The translations under genes were made by a program, and so were the position numbers. From Galliscardovia ingluviei (GTDB taxonomy: Bacteria > Actinomycetota > Actinomycetes > Actinomycetales > Bifidobacteriaceae), in contig NZ_BMDH01000006.1 of NCBI RefSeq assembly GCF_014635685.1, positions 48,318 through 72,317 of the forward strand: a stretch of DNA of 24,000 nt, given 5' to 3'. Positions 7,981-14,673 of this stretch are shown piece after piece (positions within the stretch are counted from its first letter, which is position 1; each line of letters begins with the position of its first letter). The notes under the pieces are model-generated. The model had not been told where the DNA came from and ran no database searches. It worked only from the letters and a program-made list of their open reading frames with translations.

Positions 7981-8418
7981 ATGAACATCACAGCCGAAAC
8001 CATTAACCGAGAGTTCAAGCAACTTTTAGCCCACGAACAGTGGCTCGACAAGCATGTACGCCGATACACGCGACTACTCGACCAACCCGACACCATGTAT
8101 ATTGACCAACAGTACGACACGGAGCTTATTGGCGGCGTACTTGTCACCGTCCCAAACGTGCTACAAGTACACGTGCAGTGGCTCACTAACACGTTAGAAA
8201 CGTTCTCTATCCACGTGGTAACACCCGTCTGCCCACCTATCACCATGGGTTATCAAGCACCCATCAGCCAAACCCTACCAGCACTCGCCGGGCTACTCAC
8301 TCCTGACCATCGGAGCTTATGGATTACAGACGGCATCCCTAACGCGGGACTACTCGCCCAATACCTGCACGCCATCGGGATGAACCTACAAGTACCGGGC
8401 GATAAGCGGACGGAATAA
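7981..8418 (+). CDS. hypothetical protein (145 aa)
   Basis: The ATG lies 2 nt after the previous stop, with GGAAGGA upstream. Confidence 0.6.
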   Translation: MNITAETINREFKQLLAHEQWLDKHVRRYTRLLDQPDTMYIDQQYDTELIGGVLVTVPNVLQVHVQWLTNTLETFSIHVVTPVCPPITMGYQAPISQTLPALAGLLTPDHRSLWITDGIPNAGLLAQYLHAIGMNLQVPGDKRTE

Positions 8419-8437
8419 CAGGCTCACAGCGCATGTT

Positions 8438-8493
8438 TGCGGCGTACATTGAGGAAACTAGCCTCAATGTGCACTACGGCATAGTATAAAAGC
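8438..8493 (+). promoter_or_regulatory. repeated promoter cassette, copy 4
   Basis: TGCGGCGT 8438-8445, AAACTAG 8455-8461, TAGTAT 8482-8487. The gap is 36 nt. The AAACTAG box forms the loop of a perfect 9-bp hairpin, ACATTGAGG 8446-8454 pairing with CCTCAATGT 8462-8470. Confidence 0.55.
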
Positions 8494-8524
8494 GTACACG
8501 TAAACACGTTAAGGAGTACCCGCC

Positions 8525-8932
8525 ATGAGCAAACCAGACTACGATACTGTAAACAATCCAAAACACTACCATCGGCAAGGCATTAACTTCGAGTGTGTAG
8601 AACTATCCACGCTATTCCCCCACCCCGTAGCAAGCGCAATAGAATACGTATTCCGACATCAATGCAAGAACGGAATAGAAGATTTACGGAAAGCCATGTG
8701 GTGGCTACAGTATGCGCAAGCACACGAACAGCTCATTTCGTTCAGAGTAGACGGGGACACAGCAAACGAACGAAGCAAACAATTAGCGCAAACCGTTAGC
8801 GGAGCGGAGGCAGCGTTTTGGAATAGCCTAGCCCAGTTCTCAACCCCGCAAGGAATGAAACACAAGCAGGAAACAATCGGCAATATGCTGAAAACACTAG
8901 AGCAACTCATTAAACAAGAGGAAGAGCAATAA
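8525..8932 (+). CDS. DUF3310-like protein (family common in phages)
   Basis: AAGGAGT RBS. The N-terminal NNPKHY..QGINFECVEL......ASAIEYVFRH..KNGIEDLRKAMWWL matches my memory of the DUF3310 signature (NP.HY ... IE.I ... A.KY..R ... DL.KA..Y). Confidence 0.6.
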   Translation: MSKPDYDTVNNPKHYHRQGINFECVELSTLFPHPVASAIEYVFRHQCKNGIEDLRKAMWWLQYAQAHEQLISFRVDGDTANERSKQLAQTVSGAEAAFWNSLAQFSTPQGMKHKQETIGNMLKTLEQLIKQEEEQ

Positions 8933-8945
8933 TCATGCTCACGTT

Positions 8946-9001
8946 TACGGCTACTACTCATGAAACTAGCTCCACAACGTACTACAGCATAGAATAAAAC
9001 T
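8946..9001 (+). promoter_or_regulatory. repeated promoter cassette, copy 5
   Basis: TACGGCTA 8946-8953, AAACTAG 8963-8969, CTACAGCA then TAGAAT 8990-8995 followed by AAAAC. The gap is 36 nt. The leader is TGTACACGCAAAGTAAGGAGT. Confidence 0.55.
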
Positions 9002-9028
9002 GTACACGCAAAGTAAGGAGTGCATACC

Positions 9029-9379
9029 ATGAAACTAGAAATCACACAAGCACTAGCAACCATCGCCACTAAGTCAAGATACACTCGCATCGGCTTTGTT
9101 CAACAACTCGTAAGCGCCTATGAAGATTATCAACACAGCCCACGCGCACAGCGATACCAGCGATACTCTGTAAGAATCGCGCGTGCATGTCCGAAAATGA
9201 TGGAAGGGGCACACTATGCGCGACAAGTACTCGACAACGATATTGCGTTTGCTGGACGATACCGTGTCACCAGAGGCGCATATTTGCGCATGGTATACGA
9301 CATCTATACCGATAGCGATATGAACAAGGAAATTAGCTGGGAAGGAATTGCGAACACACTCCCACAACTATACAGCTAA
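9029..9379 (+). CDS. hypothetical protein (116 aa)
   Basis: ATG 9029 lies 8 nt after AAGGAG (9015-9020). The listed GTG 9020 start sits inside the RBS. Confidence 0.6.
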   Translation: MKLEITQALATIATKSRYTRIGFVQQLVSAYEDYQHSPRAQRYQRYSVRIARACPKMMEGAHYARQVLDNDIAFAGRYRVTRGAYLRMVYDIYTDSDMNKEISWEGIANTLPQLYS

Positions 9380-9422
9380 CACTGCAAACAACCGCACGCG
9401 CACAGAATGGAGAAACAACACC

Positions 9423-9776
9423 ATGTACCACATCGAAACCATAATTGACAACACCTGCAACAAAAACTTTAAGATTGGAGCATACCTCGTGCTCGCGGGA
9501 TTCCATAAAGATGTAGCCGAAATGGATGCGCAAGCCAACGAGTTCACCGCCATTAACGTGAACAACGCTATCGTGTACGCTAAACGCTACCGAACCGAAT
9601 TGTACGATGGTGCGCGAGCAGCACACAAGGCAATCATTAACGATTTTGCAACCATGGAATATCAACAGATTGCGGACTACATGCAATGCGTCTACCGAAT
9701 GCTCAAACAACCCGCCGTGGCGACTATAATGCGCCAATTCAGAGCGGAACTCATCGCTACCAAAGACCAAAACTAA
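9423..9776 (+). CDS. hypothetical protein (117 aa)
   Basis: ATG 9423 has GGAG 10 nt upstream. The listed 9348 start would overlap 9029..9379. Confidence 0.55.
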   Translation: MYHIETIIDNTCNKNFKIGAYLVLAGFHKDVAEMDAQANEFTAINVNNAIVYAKRYRTELYDGARAAHKAIINDFATMEYQQIADYMQCVYRMLKQPAVATIMRQFRAELIATKDQN

Positions 9777-9807
9777 ACGTGTACAAGCGTGGACAATAGT
9801 GCACGTT

Positions 9808-9863
9808 TGCGGCAGACAATCAAATAATTCGATTCACCATGTCTCACAGCCTATTATAAAAAT
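9808..9863 (+). promoter_or_regulatory. repeated promoter cassette, copy 6
   Basis: TGCGGCAG 9808-9815, CACCATGTCTCACAGCC, TATTAT 9852-9857 followed by AAAAA. The gap is 36 nt. The middle AAACTAG box is not conserved here. Confidence 0.5.
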
Positions 9864-9897
9864 ATAAACAAAAGCACACAAGACAAGGAGCATCACA

Positions 9898-10242
9898 ATG
9901 AGCGTAGCAATCTTAGGTAATCGAGGCATTGACACAATCGCACTCGCAGCGTACACTTACTTCCGCAACGACCCGCAAACCACAGGTCAATGGCTCTACC
10001 AGCGCAACATTGACGCATGGAACATGCACTATAATGAGCATGACACTGCACCAAAATTCCAACAAGACCTCAACTACTTGAATAGTATTGAAGTCCTTGG
10101 AGCTGTATCAGCCTACCGCTACCAAGTAGCAGACCTAGACGACCCAGAACTATTCAAGTTTTTGAACAAAATCGAGCGAGAAGCAATCGCTCACCTTGAT
10201 GGCTACGATGACGCTTGGCAGCTAGCTTTCAAGGAAGAATAA
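9898..10242 (+). CDS. hypothetical protein, local family B
   Basis: AAGGAGC RBS. Paralogue of 5694..6086. Confidence 0.7.
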   Translation: MSVAILGNRGIDTIALAAYTYFRNDPQTTGQWLYQRNIDAWNMHYNEHDTAPKFQQDLNYLNSIEVLGAVSAYRYQVADLDDPELFKFLNKIEREAIAHLDGYDDAWQLAFKEE

Positions 10243-10268
10243 ATACTTGCCCTTGTGCGTGTACAAGA

Positions 10269-10301
10269 GAGCACCCACCATTGTGTGGGTGCTCAATTTT
10301 T
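10269..10301 (+). terminator. Rho-independent terminator
   Basis: GAGCACCCAC (10269-10278) pairs with GTGGGTGCTC (10285-10294) around a 6-nt loop. AATTTTT follows. Confidence 0.8.
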
Positions 10302-10332
10302 GCCCGAAACAAACTATAGAAAGGAAACTATT

Positions 10333-10422
10333 ATGCAAACAAGGAATGCGCAACACACTACGGACAGTGCGGAATGGCGGAAGCTCGACCAGCAGGCACA
10401 AGAATACGGGATAGAACTCTAG
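10333..10422 (+). CDS. possible mini-ORF (29 aa)
   Basis: AAAGGAAAC lies 5 nt upstream of the ATG (MQTRNAQHTTDSAEWRKLDQQAQEYGIEL*). It is too short to judge. Confidence 0.25.
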   Translation: MQTRNAQHTTDSAEWRKLDQQAQEYGIEL

Positions 10423-10450
10423 TATTTAGAAAACGGAGGAACAACAATCC

Positions 10451-10600
10451 ATGCTTCGCATAACACCACGCGGGAAACATGCAAAACGCAACACCACAGC
10501 CAGCCAGTGGGAACGGTTATGGACGCAACCCGCAACAGTGGAAACAGTGCGCGGAATCATACACAACGCGCCACTCGACCTTAATGGTGCAAGCAAATAA
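10451..10600 (+). CDS. possible small ORF (49 aa)
   Basis: ACGGAGGAAC lies 9 nt upstream of the ATG (MLRITPRGKHAKRNTTASQWERLWTQPATVETVRGIIHNAPLDLNGASK*). The product is basic. Confidence 0.35.
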   Translation: MLRITPRGKHAKRNTTASQWERLWTQPATVETVRGIIHNAPLDLNGASK

Positions 10601-10613
10601 CCGTTGTAACCTT

Positions 10614-10669
10614 TGCGGCTAGGGCTCACGAAAGTAGCTCTAGCCACACTCAAAGCCTATTATCGAAAC
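10614..10669 (+). promoter_or_regulatory. repeated promoter cassette, copy 7
   Basis: TGCGGCTA 10614-10621, AAAGTAG 10631-10637, CTCAAAGCC then TATTAT 10658-10663. The gap is 36 nt. An imperfect hairpin (GCTAGgGCT / AGCtCTAGC) spans the middle box. Confidence 0.5.
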
Positions 10670-10707
10670 ATAAACAAAGAAAACACACAGGACAAGGGGC
10701 AAACATC

Positions 10708-11139
10708 ATGAACACGCTAGTCGCTGAAAACCTCAAAAACAACATGCTCAACATGCTGAACAAGCAGCTCGACAAGAGAATCCCCAACGAGTTTGAAATC
10801 GGGTACATCACCCCAGACCCCGAAAACAATCCACTCAATGGAATCATCACGCTCGCTAAATGCGATAGGTTCGTGAACCTTATCGCACAACTCGGCTACG
10901 ACTATGCGACAAACAGCGTACAGTACGTGACCATCAGCAAAGGTAAAACGTCCGAAAACAAGCAAGAACGAACCCTTTTCGCATTTGAACAACTAGAACT
11001 CGACAACATTCCACTACACGCAGCCTTACAAGCAATCCGCCCCGCACTCACCGTGTTAGACGCGGAACTGAACGTTACAGAAGCGATGAGCGTGTTTGAA
11101 GTGGAATGCCTACTAGCAGAAAGAAACAACCTTGAATAG
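10708..11139 (+). CDS. hypothetical protein, local family F
   Basis: AAGGGGC RBS. IPLHAALQAIRPALTVLDAEL and the C-terminal AERNNLE match the family F motifs. Confidence 0.7.
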   Translation: MNTLVAENLKNNMLNMLNKQLDKRIPNEFEIGYITPDPENNPLNGIITLAKCDRFVNLIAQLGYDYATNSVQYVTISKGKTSENKQERTLFAFEQLELDNIPLHAALQAIRPALTVLDAELNVTEAMSVFEVECLLAERNNLE

Positions 11140-11431
11140 CAACATGCTCAACGAAGCATTTCAAAGTGTGAGCGCGGACAGCAACTACTACCTTTATGCC
11201 ATGCGCGACCTACTGAAATACTTAGAATACGACCCGCAGTGCACAAAAAGTGAACTATGCGATTGGCTGTATCTTATTAACGAAGAAACATGGAGAAACA
11301 ACTATCAGACGCTCATACAGCCAGCCGTACACTTCGGGCTTATTGAACGGCAGGTGAACGCAGAGGATACCCGATATTCGGTTTCACCACTCGGAGAGCT
11401 GGTATTGCGCGTACTTAAACAATACTGTTAG
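11132..11431 (+). CDS. hypothetical protein, local family E (NYYLY..R.LL)
   Basis: TTG 11132 overlaps the upstream stop. An in-frame ATG at 11144 is the alternative start. It shares NYYLY(A/S)(M/V)R(D/Q)LL with the disrupted gene at 11998. Confidence 0.55.
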   Translation: MNSNMLNEAFQSVSADSNYYLYAMRDLLKYLEYDPQCTKSELCDWLYLINEETWRNNYQTLIQPAVHFGLIERQVNAEDTRYSVSPLGELVLRVLKQYC

Positions 11432-11462
11432 CGGAGCAGTGTGCCCCATGCTCCTTACAGCG

Positions 11463-11519
11463 TGCGGCAGGTAAGCAGTGAACTCGCGCCCACCATGTGC
11501 CACAGCATACAATAAAACC
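11463..11519 (+). promoter_or_regulatory. repeated promoter cassette, copy 8
   Basis: TGCGGCAG 11463-11470, GAACTCG 11480-11486, CACCATGTGCCACAGCA then TACAAT 11508-11513 followed by AAAAC. The gap is 37 nt. The leader is CGTACAAAGTAAGGAGC. Confidence 0.55.
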
Positions 11520-11542
11520 GTACAAAGTAAGGAGCATACATT

Positions 11543-11893
11543 ATGAGCACGTGGGAACACAACATCGAACAACAAGTACACGCCACACTAGACGCACACC
11601 TTCCAGAAAACTACCAGTATGAGCTTAAAACGCGAACATGCGGAACAGGAACACTCGTAATCAGAAACCACAACAACACTAACTGTATTGAACTGTATTT
11701 TGAAGCAATAAGCATTAACGAAAATCTTGTAGACAGCTATGTGCTCGCCGAAGGAAACAACGTCCATTCGGCAGTAGCTAGAGCAATCCCACTCACGGAC
11801 GCATTGAACGCCATACCAGCCACGCTCCAGCAGCTTGACAAGCACGGTATCAATAGCGCACTCAAAGAGTTCAGGTACAGGACACAAGGCTAA
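11543..11893 (+). CDS. hypothetical protein, local family F
   Basis: AAGGAGC RBS. IPLTDALNAIPATLQQLDKHG matches the family F motif. Confidence 0.7.
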   Translation: MSTWEHNIEQQVHATLDAHLPENYQYELKTRTCGTGTLVIRNHNNTNCIELYFEAISINENLVDSYVLAEGNNVHSAVARAIPLTDALNAIPATLQQLDKHGINSALKEFRYRTQG

Positions 11894-11904
11894 CAACAGC
11901 ATAA

Positions 11905-11961
11905 TGCAGCTGGTGTGCAGCAAACTAGTAGCATACTAGCCTCACAGCATACAATAGAACC
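11905..11961 (+). promoter_or_regulatory. repeated promoter cassette, copy 9
   Basis: TGCAGCTG 11905-11912, AAACTAG 11922-11928, CTCACAGCA then TACAAT 11950-11955. The gap is 37 nt. Confidence 0.5.
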
Positions 11962-11997
11962 GTACAAAACAGTTACACTCATTTTAAGGAGCAAACA

Positions 11998-12297
11998 ATG
12001 GCATACATGCAATTTAAGGGACTACCAGCAACACGAGTATCATTCGAGAACCACACAGATATTGCATTCTCAAGCAACATTTTCATTCAACGCTTTATCC
12101 ACGAGCTCATTGATAGTGAAACTATCCTCACACGTCTCACAGCTCTCACAGTGCAAAACGTGAGAGATTGGGAAGATTGCTATTTAGAGTTTGAACATCT
12201 TTGCACCATGATTGAACTGCATAACAGCTACTACAGTCAGCAAATCAGGGAAGAAATTAACTACTACCTGTATAGCGTGCGTCAATTACTTCGGTGA
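11998..12297 (+). pseudogene. 5' part of a family E gene truncated by the IS insertion
   Basis: AAGGAGC RBS. The frame reads ...EEINYYLYSVRQLL and then runs into IS end sequence (R*). The matching C-terminal frame resumes at about 13639. Confidence 0.55.
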
Positions 12298-12480
12298 CGA
12301 GCACCGGAGCTTGTCCCTGCCCGGCAGTGATAGCGGAAAAGATTTTTCCTCCTGCTTTTTGTTCCCTTTGAGGGGTGGCGGAACATCTAAGGGGTGATTG
12401 ACTGCACCCCGCCCAAGTTCAGAGCTTGTCCGACTGGGATTCAACGAGTTGCATATAGCCGATTCGTTGAATGTTCATAG
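12292..12480 (-). ncRNA. candidate omega RNA (reRNA) scaffold of TnpB
   Basis: In characterised TnpB systems the guide RNA derives from the tnpB 3' end plus the right end. Here that region holds the hairpins GGGGTG/CACCCC 12391-12410, GGAAAA/TTTTCC 12335-12349 and CGGTG/CACCG 12292-12306. A 10-nt direct repeat GAGCTTGTCC occurs at 12307-12316 and 12422-12431. The extent is not determined. Confidence 0.4.
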
Positions 12481-13543
12481 CTGCTACACGGTCGTCATTT
12501 GACTGGTATGAGCAGTTTGCACACCGGTATTCGTGCATACGCTTATTACGGTTTGTTTTACAAACCATCCCGCATCGAGGGCATGTTTGACTGGTGTATT
12601 TAGGGTCAATGGCTATGCAAGTGTGCCCATGCTGTTTTGCCTTGTACTCTATCATGGTGCGCAATTGATAATATGCCCAACTAACTTGCACATACCTGTC
12701 GCGTTTACGTACTTTTTGTGTGGCTTGCCGAATTCCGGTAAGGTTTTCCAGTACAAAGAGTGTGGGCTCAGCTTGTTGGCTGATAAGTGCCTGAGATACT
12801 TGATGGTTAATGTCTCGCATCCAACGGTTTTCTCTCTTGCCAATAGCTTGTAGCTTGCGTCTTGCACTGCGCGTACCTTTCTTCTGCAATTGAGCACGTA
12901 ACGTCTTGTAGTGTGCGCGTTTATTACTCACCTCCTTTCCGCTAAAGAACGTGGTATGACCGTCACTATCGTATGCGGTAGCGAGGAATCGTAATCCCAT
13001 GTCAATACCGACTATTTGCTGAGGCTGTTTTGGTTCAGAAATGGTTATGGTACTTGGGATAAGTAGTAGCCACTTGTTGTTTCTTTGTAAGATTCGCGCT
13101 GTACCAAACTTACCGTGTCGATACGGTTGAGGCATGTGTGACCAGTCTACTGTGAATTTGACGCGACCTTGTAGCGTGTTAATGCTGATTCTACCGTCTT
13201 TGAGTACACTGTAGTCACGGTTGTATACGAGGTCGTATCCCATAGTGTGGTAGTGGGGGTGCTTACCATGCCATGAACTGCCGTGGAGTTCTGCAATAGT
13301 TCGGTAGTTGCCGATAACGCGGATAATGGCGGACTGAGCCATTTGAGCGCCTACATGATACTCTTCGCGCAGTTTATGATAGGTGAGCTTGTTAAGTTTC
13401 TTTTGACTGATTGTCCGCTGCTGGTATGCGGTGTCGCTTACCGTGTTGCAACATGAGAGAAAAGCTGTACACGTGTCAGTGAGGAGCTGTGTTTCTTGCA
13501 TAGTGGTGTGTAAGCGCACTGCATACGTGAGTGTGTTCAGCAT
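12419..13543 (-). CDS. tnpB: TnpB (IS605 OrfB family RNA-guided RuvC nuclease)
   Basis: RuvC-like motifs IVGIDMGLRF, FVLENLTGI and NDDRVAAMNIQ are present, with the zinc ribbon CPRCG...CANC between the last two. The preferred start is ATG 13543 (MLNTLTYAVRLH...), preceded by GGAGGTG. The listed TTG 13570 start is less likely. Confidence 0.85.
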   Translation of the reverse strand: MLNTLTYAVRLHTTMQETQLLTDTCTAFLSCCNTVSDTAYQQRTISQKKLNKLTYHKLREEYHVGAQMAQSAIIRVIGNYRTIAELHGSSWHGKHPHYHTMGYDLVYNRDYSVLKDGRISINTLQGRVKFTVDWSHMPQPYRHGKFGTARILQRNNKWLLLIPSTITISEPKQPQQIVGIDMGLRFLATAYDSDGHTTFFSGKEVSNKRAHYKTLRAQLQKKGTRSARRKLQAIGKRENRWMRDINHQVSQALISQQAEPTLFVLENLTGIRQATQKVRKRDRYVQVSWAYYQLRTMIEYKAKQHGHTCIAIDPKYTSQTCPRCGMVCKTNRNKRMHEYRCANCSYQSNDDRVAAMNIQRIGYMQLVESQSDKL

Positions 13544-13581
13544 GTGCGGCACCTCCACAAAAACTTTCAATAACAGTAAAA

Positions 13582-13590
13582 ATTATAGCA
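13582..13590 (-). promoter_or_regulatory. extended -10 (TGCTATAAT) for tnpB
   Basis: The reverse complement of 13582-13590 reads TGCTATAAT, about 38 nt upstream of ATG 13543. Confidence 0.45.
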
Positions 13591-13638
13591 TACTATTGAA
13601 AAGAAAGGAAGGCGTTCCTCCCTAGCCACAAGGGCTAA

Positions 13639-13809
13639 GGTATCCACGCTAATAACAATCATGAAGCTATCGACGATATTGAAAACACGGAAATGCTACT
13701 CGCCATCTACATGGCACTCAAAGGGTTCTCCAAGAACGAGAAAGTAGTGTACAAGCGACCAAGCGAACCAGACGAATATTCTACGAGCCTATCAAGGTTC
13801 TTCGCCTAA
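13639..13809 (+). pseudogene. 3' part of the IS-disrupted family E gene
   Basis: An open frame GIHANNNHEAIDDIENTEMLLAIYMALKGFSKNEKVVYKRPSEPDEYSTSLSRFFA* begins right after the IS end, with no start codon or RBS of its own. Its tail weakly resembles the C-terminus of 11132..11431. Confidence 0.45.
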
Positions 13810-13820
13810 CATTCAAGGGG

Positions 13821-13867
13821 TGCGGGGGTGTGCGCGACAAGCGCGCACGCCACCACAGCCTAAAAAT
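13821..13867 (+). promoter_or_regulatory. degenerate copy of the promoter cassette
   Basis: TGCGGGGG 13821-13828, hairpin GTGCGCG/CGCGCAC, CACCACAGCC 13851-13860, then TAAAAAT. The spacing is shorter (32 nt) and the hexamer weaker. Confidence 0.3.
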
Positions 13868-13906
13868 CAACCAAACGCAAAAATCGAAACCAAGGAGCAA
13901 ACCACC

Positions 13907-14179
13907 GTGAAAAACAAGTACAAAATCGAAGTTGTATTTAACATGCTCAACCAGCTACCACAAGAACAAAAAGCCTACATGTACAGTGTCCTTGCAGCAC
14001 TATGGTTGGACTTGTCGGCAATAGTGCGCTCAATACGCGAACAAAAGGACGAAGCAAGCGCAAAAGCCTTAACCGACTACGTTTTCTATATCCTCGATAC
14101 CGTGGATGCGAAGCAAGCACAAGCCGCTATTCATGCTCATCGCCAAAAATTAGAGGAGACAACCGTTGAGCAACGTTAA
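13907..14179 (+). CDS. hypothetical protein (90 aa)
   Basis: GTG 13907 lies 8 nt after AAGGAGC. The listed 13820 start would span the promoter-like region. Confidence 0.5.
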   Translation: MKNKYKIEVVFNMLNQLPQEQKAYMYSVLAALWLDLSAIVRSIREQKDEASAKALTDYVFYILDTVDAKQAQAAIHAHRQKLEETTVEQR

Positions 14180-14573
14180 AGCCAGCCAAATAGCCACACT
14201 GAAAGCAACAATCTACCATAAGGACGGTTTCGCAAGCTACGAGTGGGACACCACGCCACAGAAGCTCATAGCCTACTTGCAGGAGCGCATACACGGCGAA
14301 CCGCCACTCATTCTCGAAGCGTTACCATTTGGCACGCCAGCATTACAGCGCCTAGCGCAACAATATTGTAAGCTATACAAGCCAACAATCCCGCTAGAAG
14401 AACGCCAACCAGTTGAACAGCGCATACAGTGCGAACTAGAAAAACTCATAGACGAGCCGATAGAAATACTCTGCCAACTAGCCACCTTGTGCGAATGGGA
14501 AGAACCCGACTTGGAACAGTGGACAGGTACGCTTACGGACGGGCAAACTATTGTAATTAACACTAGCATGTAG
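14166..14573 (+). CDS. hypothetical protein, local family D
   Basis: TTG start after AGAGGAGAC, overlapping the upstream gene by 14 nt. It is a paralogue of 14674..15120 (DEPI(E/T)ILC.LAT..E...PD.E.WTG.L..G..I). Confidence 0.6.
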   Translation: MSNVKASQIATLKATIYHKDGFASYEWDTTPQKLIAYLQERIHGEPPLILEALPFGTPALQRLAQQYCKLYKPTIPLEERQPVEQRIQCELEKLIDEPIEILCQLATLCEWEEPDLEQWTGTLTDGQTIVINTSM

Positions 14574-14587
14574 CGCGACATCACTTC

Positions 14588-14643
14588 TGCGGTAGTCGCT
14601 TTTGAAACTAGCCCCACCTTGTCTCACAGCATAGAATCTAATC
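14588..14643 (+). promoter_or_regulatory. repeated promoter cassette, copy 10
   Basis: TGCGGTAG 14588-14595, AAACTAG 14605-14611, CCCCACCTTGTCTCACAGCA then TAGAAT 14632-14637. The gap is 36 nt. Confidence 0.55.
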
Positions 14644-14673
14644 ATAAGCAAAAACACAAGGAAGGAATACACA

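Larger units (their letters stand above)
12292..13641 (-). mobile_element. TnpB-only IS200/IS605-family (IS1341-like) element; boundaries uncertain by about 10 nt
   Basis: An element of about 1.35 kb carries only tnpB. Subterminal hairpins sit at both ends: CGGTG/CACCG at 12292-12306 and CCTAGCC/GGCTAAG at 13621-13638. There is no room for tnpA. It interrupts a + strand ORF and its G+T-rich + strand contrasts with the flanks. Confidence 0.7.

Noticed and set aside
8961-8981. TGAAAC in the middle box could be an ECF (sigma-W-like) -35 element paired with CGTA.
   Set aside because: The CGTA in copy 5 is only 11 nt downstream, whereas about 16 nt is required. The T before GAAAC and the CGTA are not conserved in the other copies.
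12212-12397. A + strand 61-aa ORF running through the IS right end.
   Set aside because: It begins inside the truncated gene in another frame, crosses the IS boundary and has no RBS. The region is better explained as the TnpB right end and omega-RNA scaffold.
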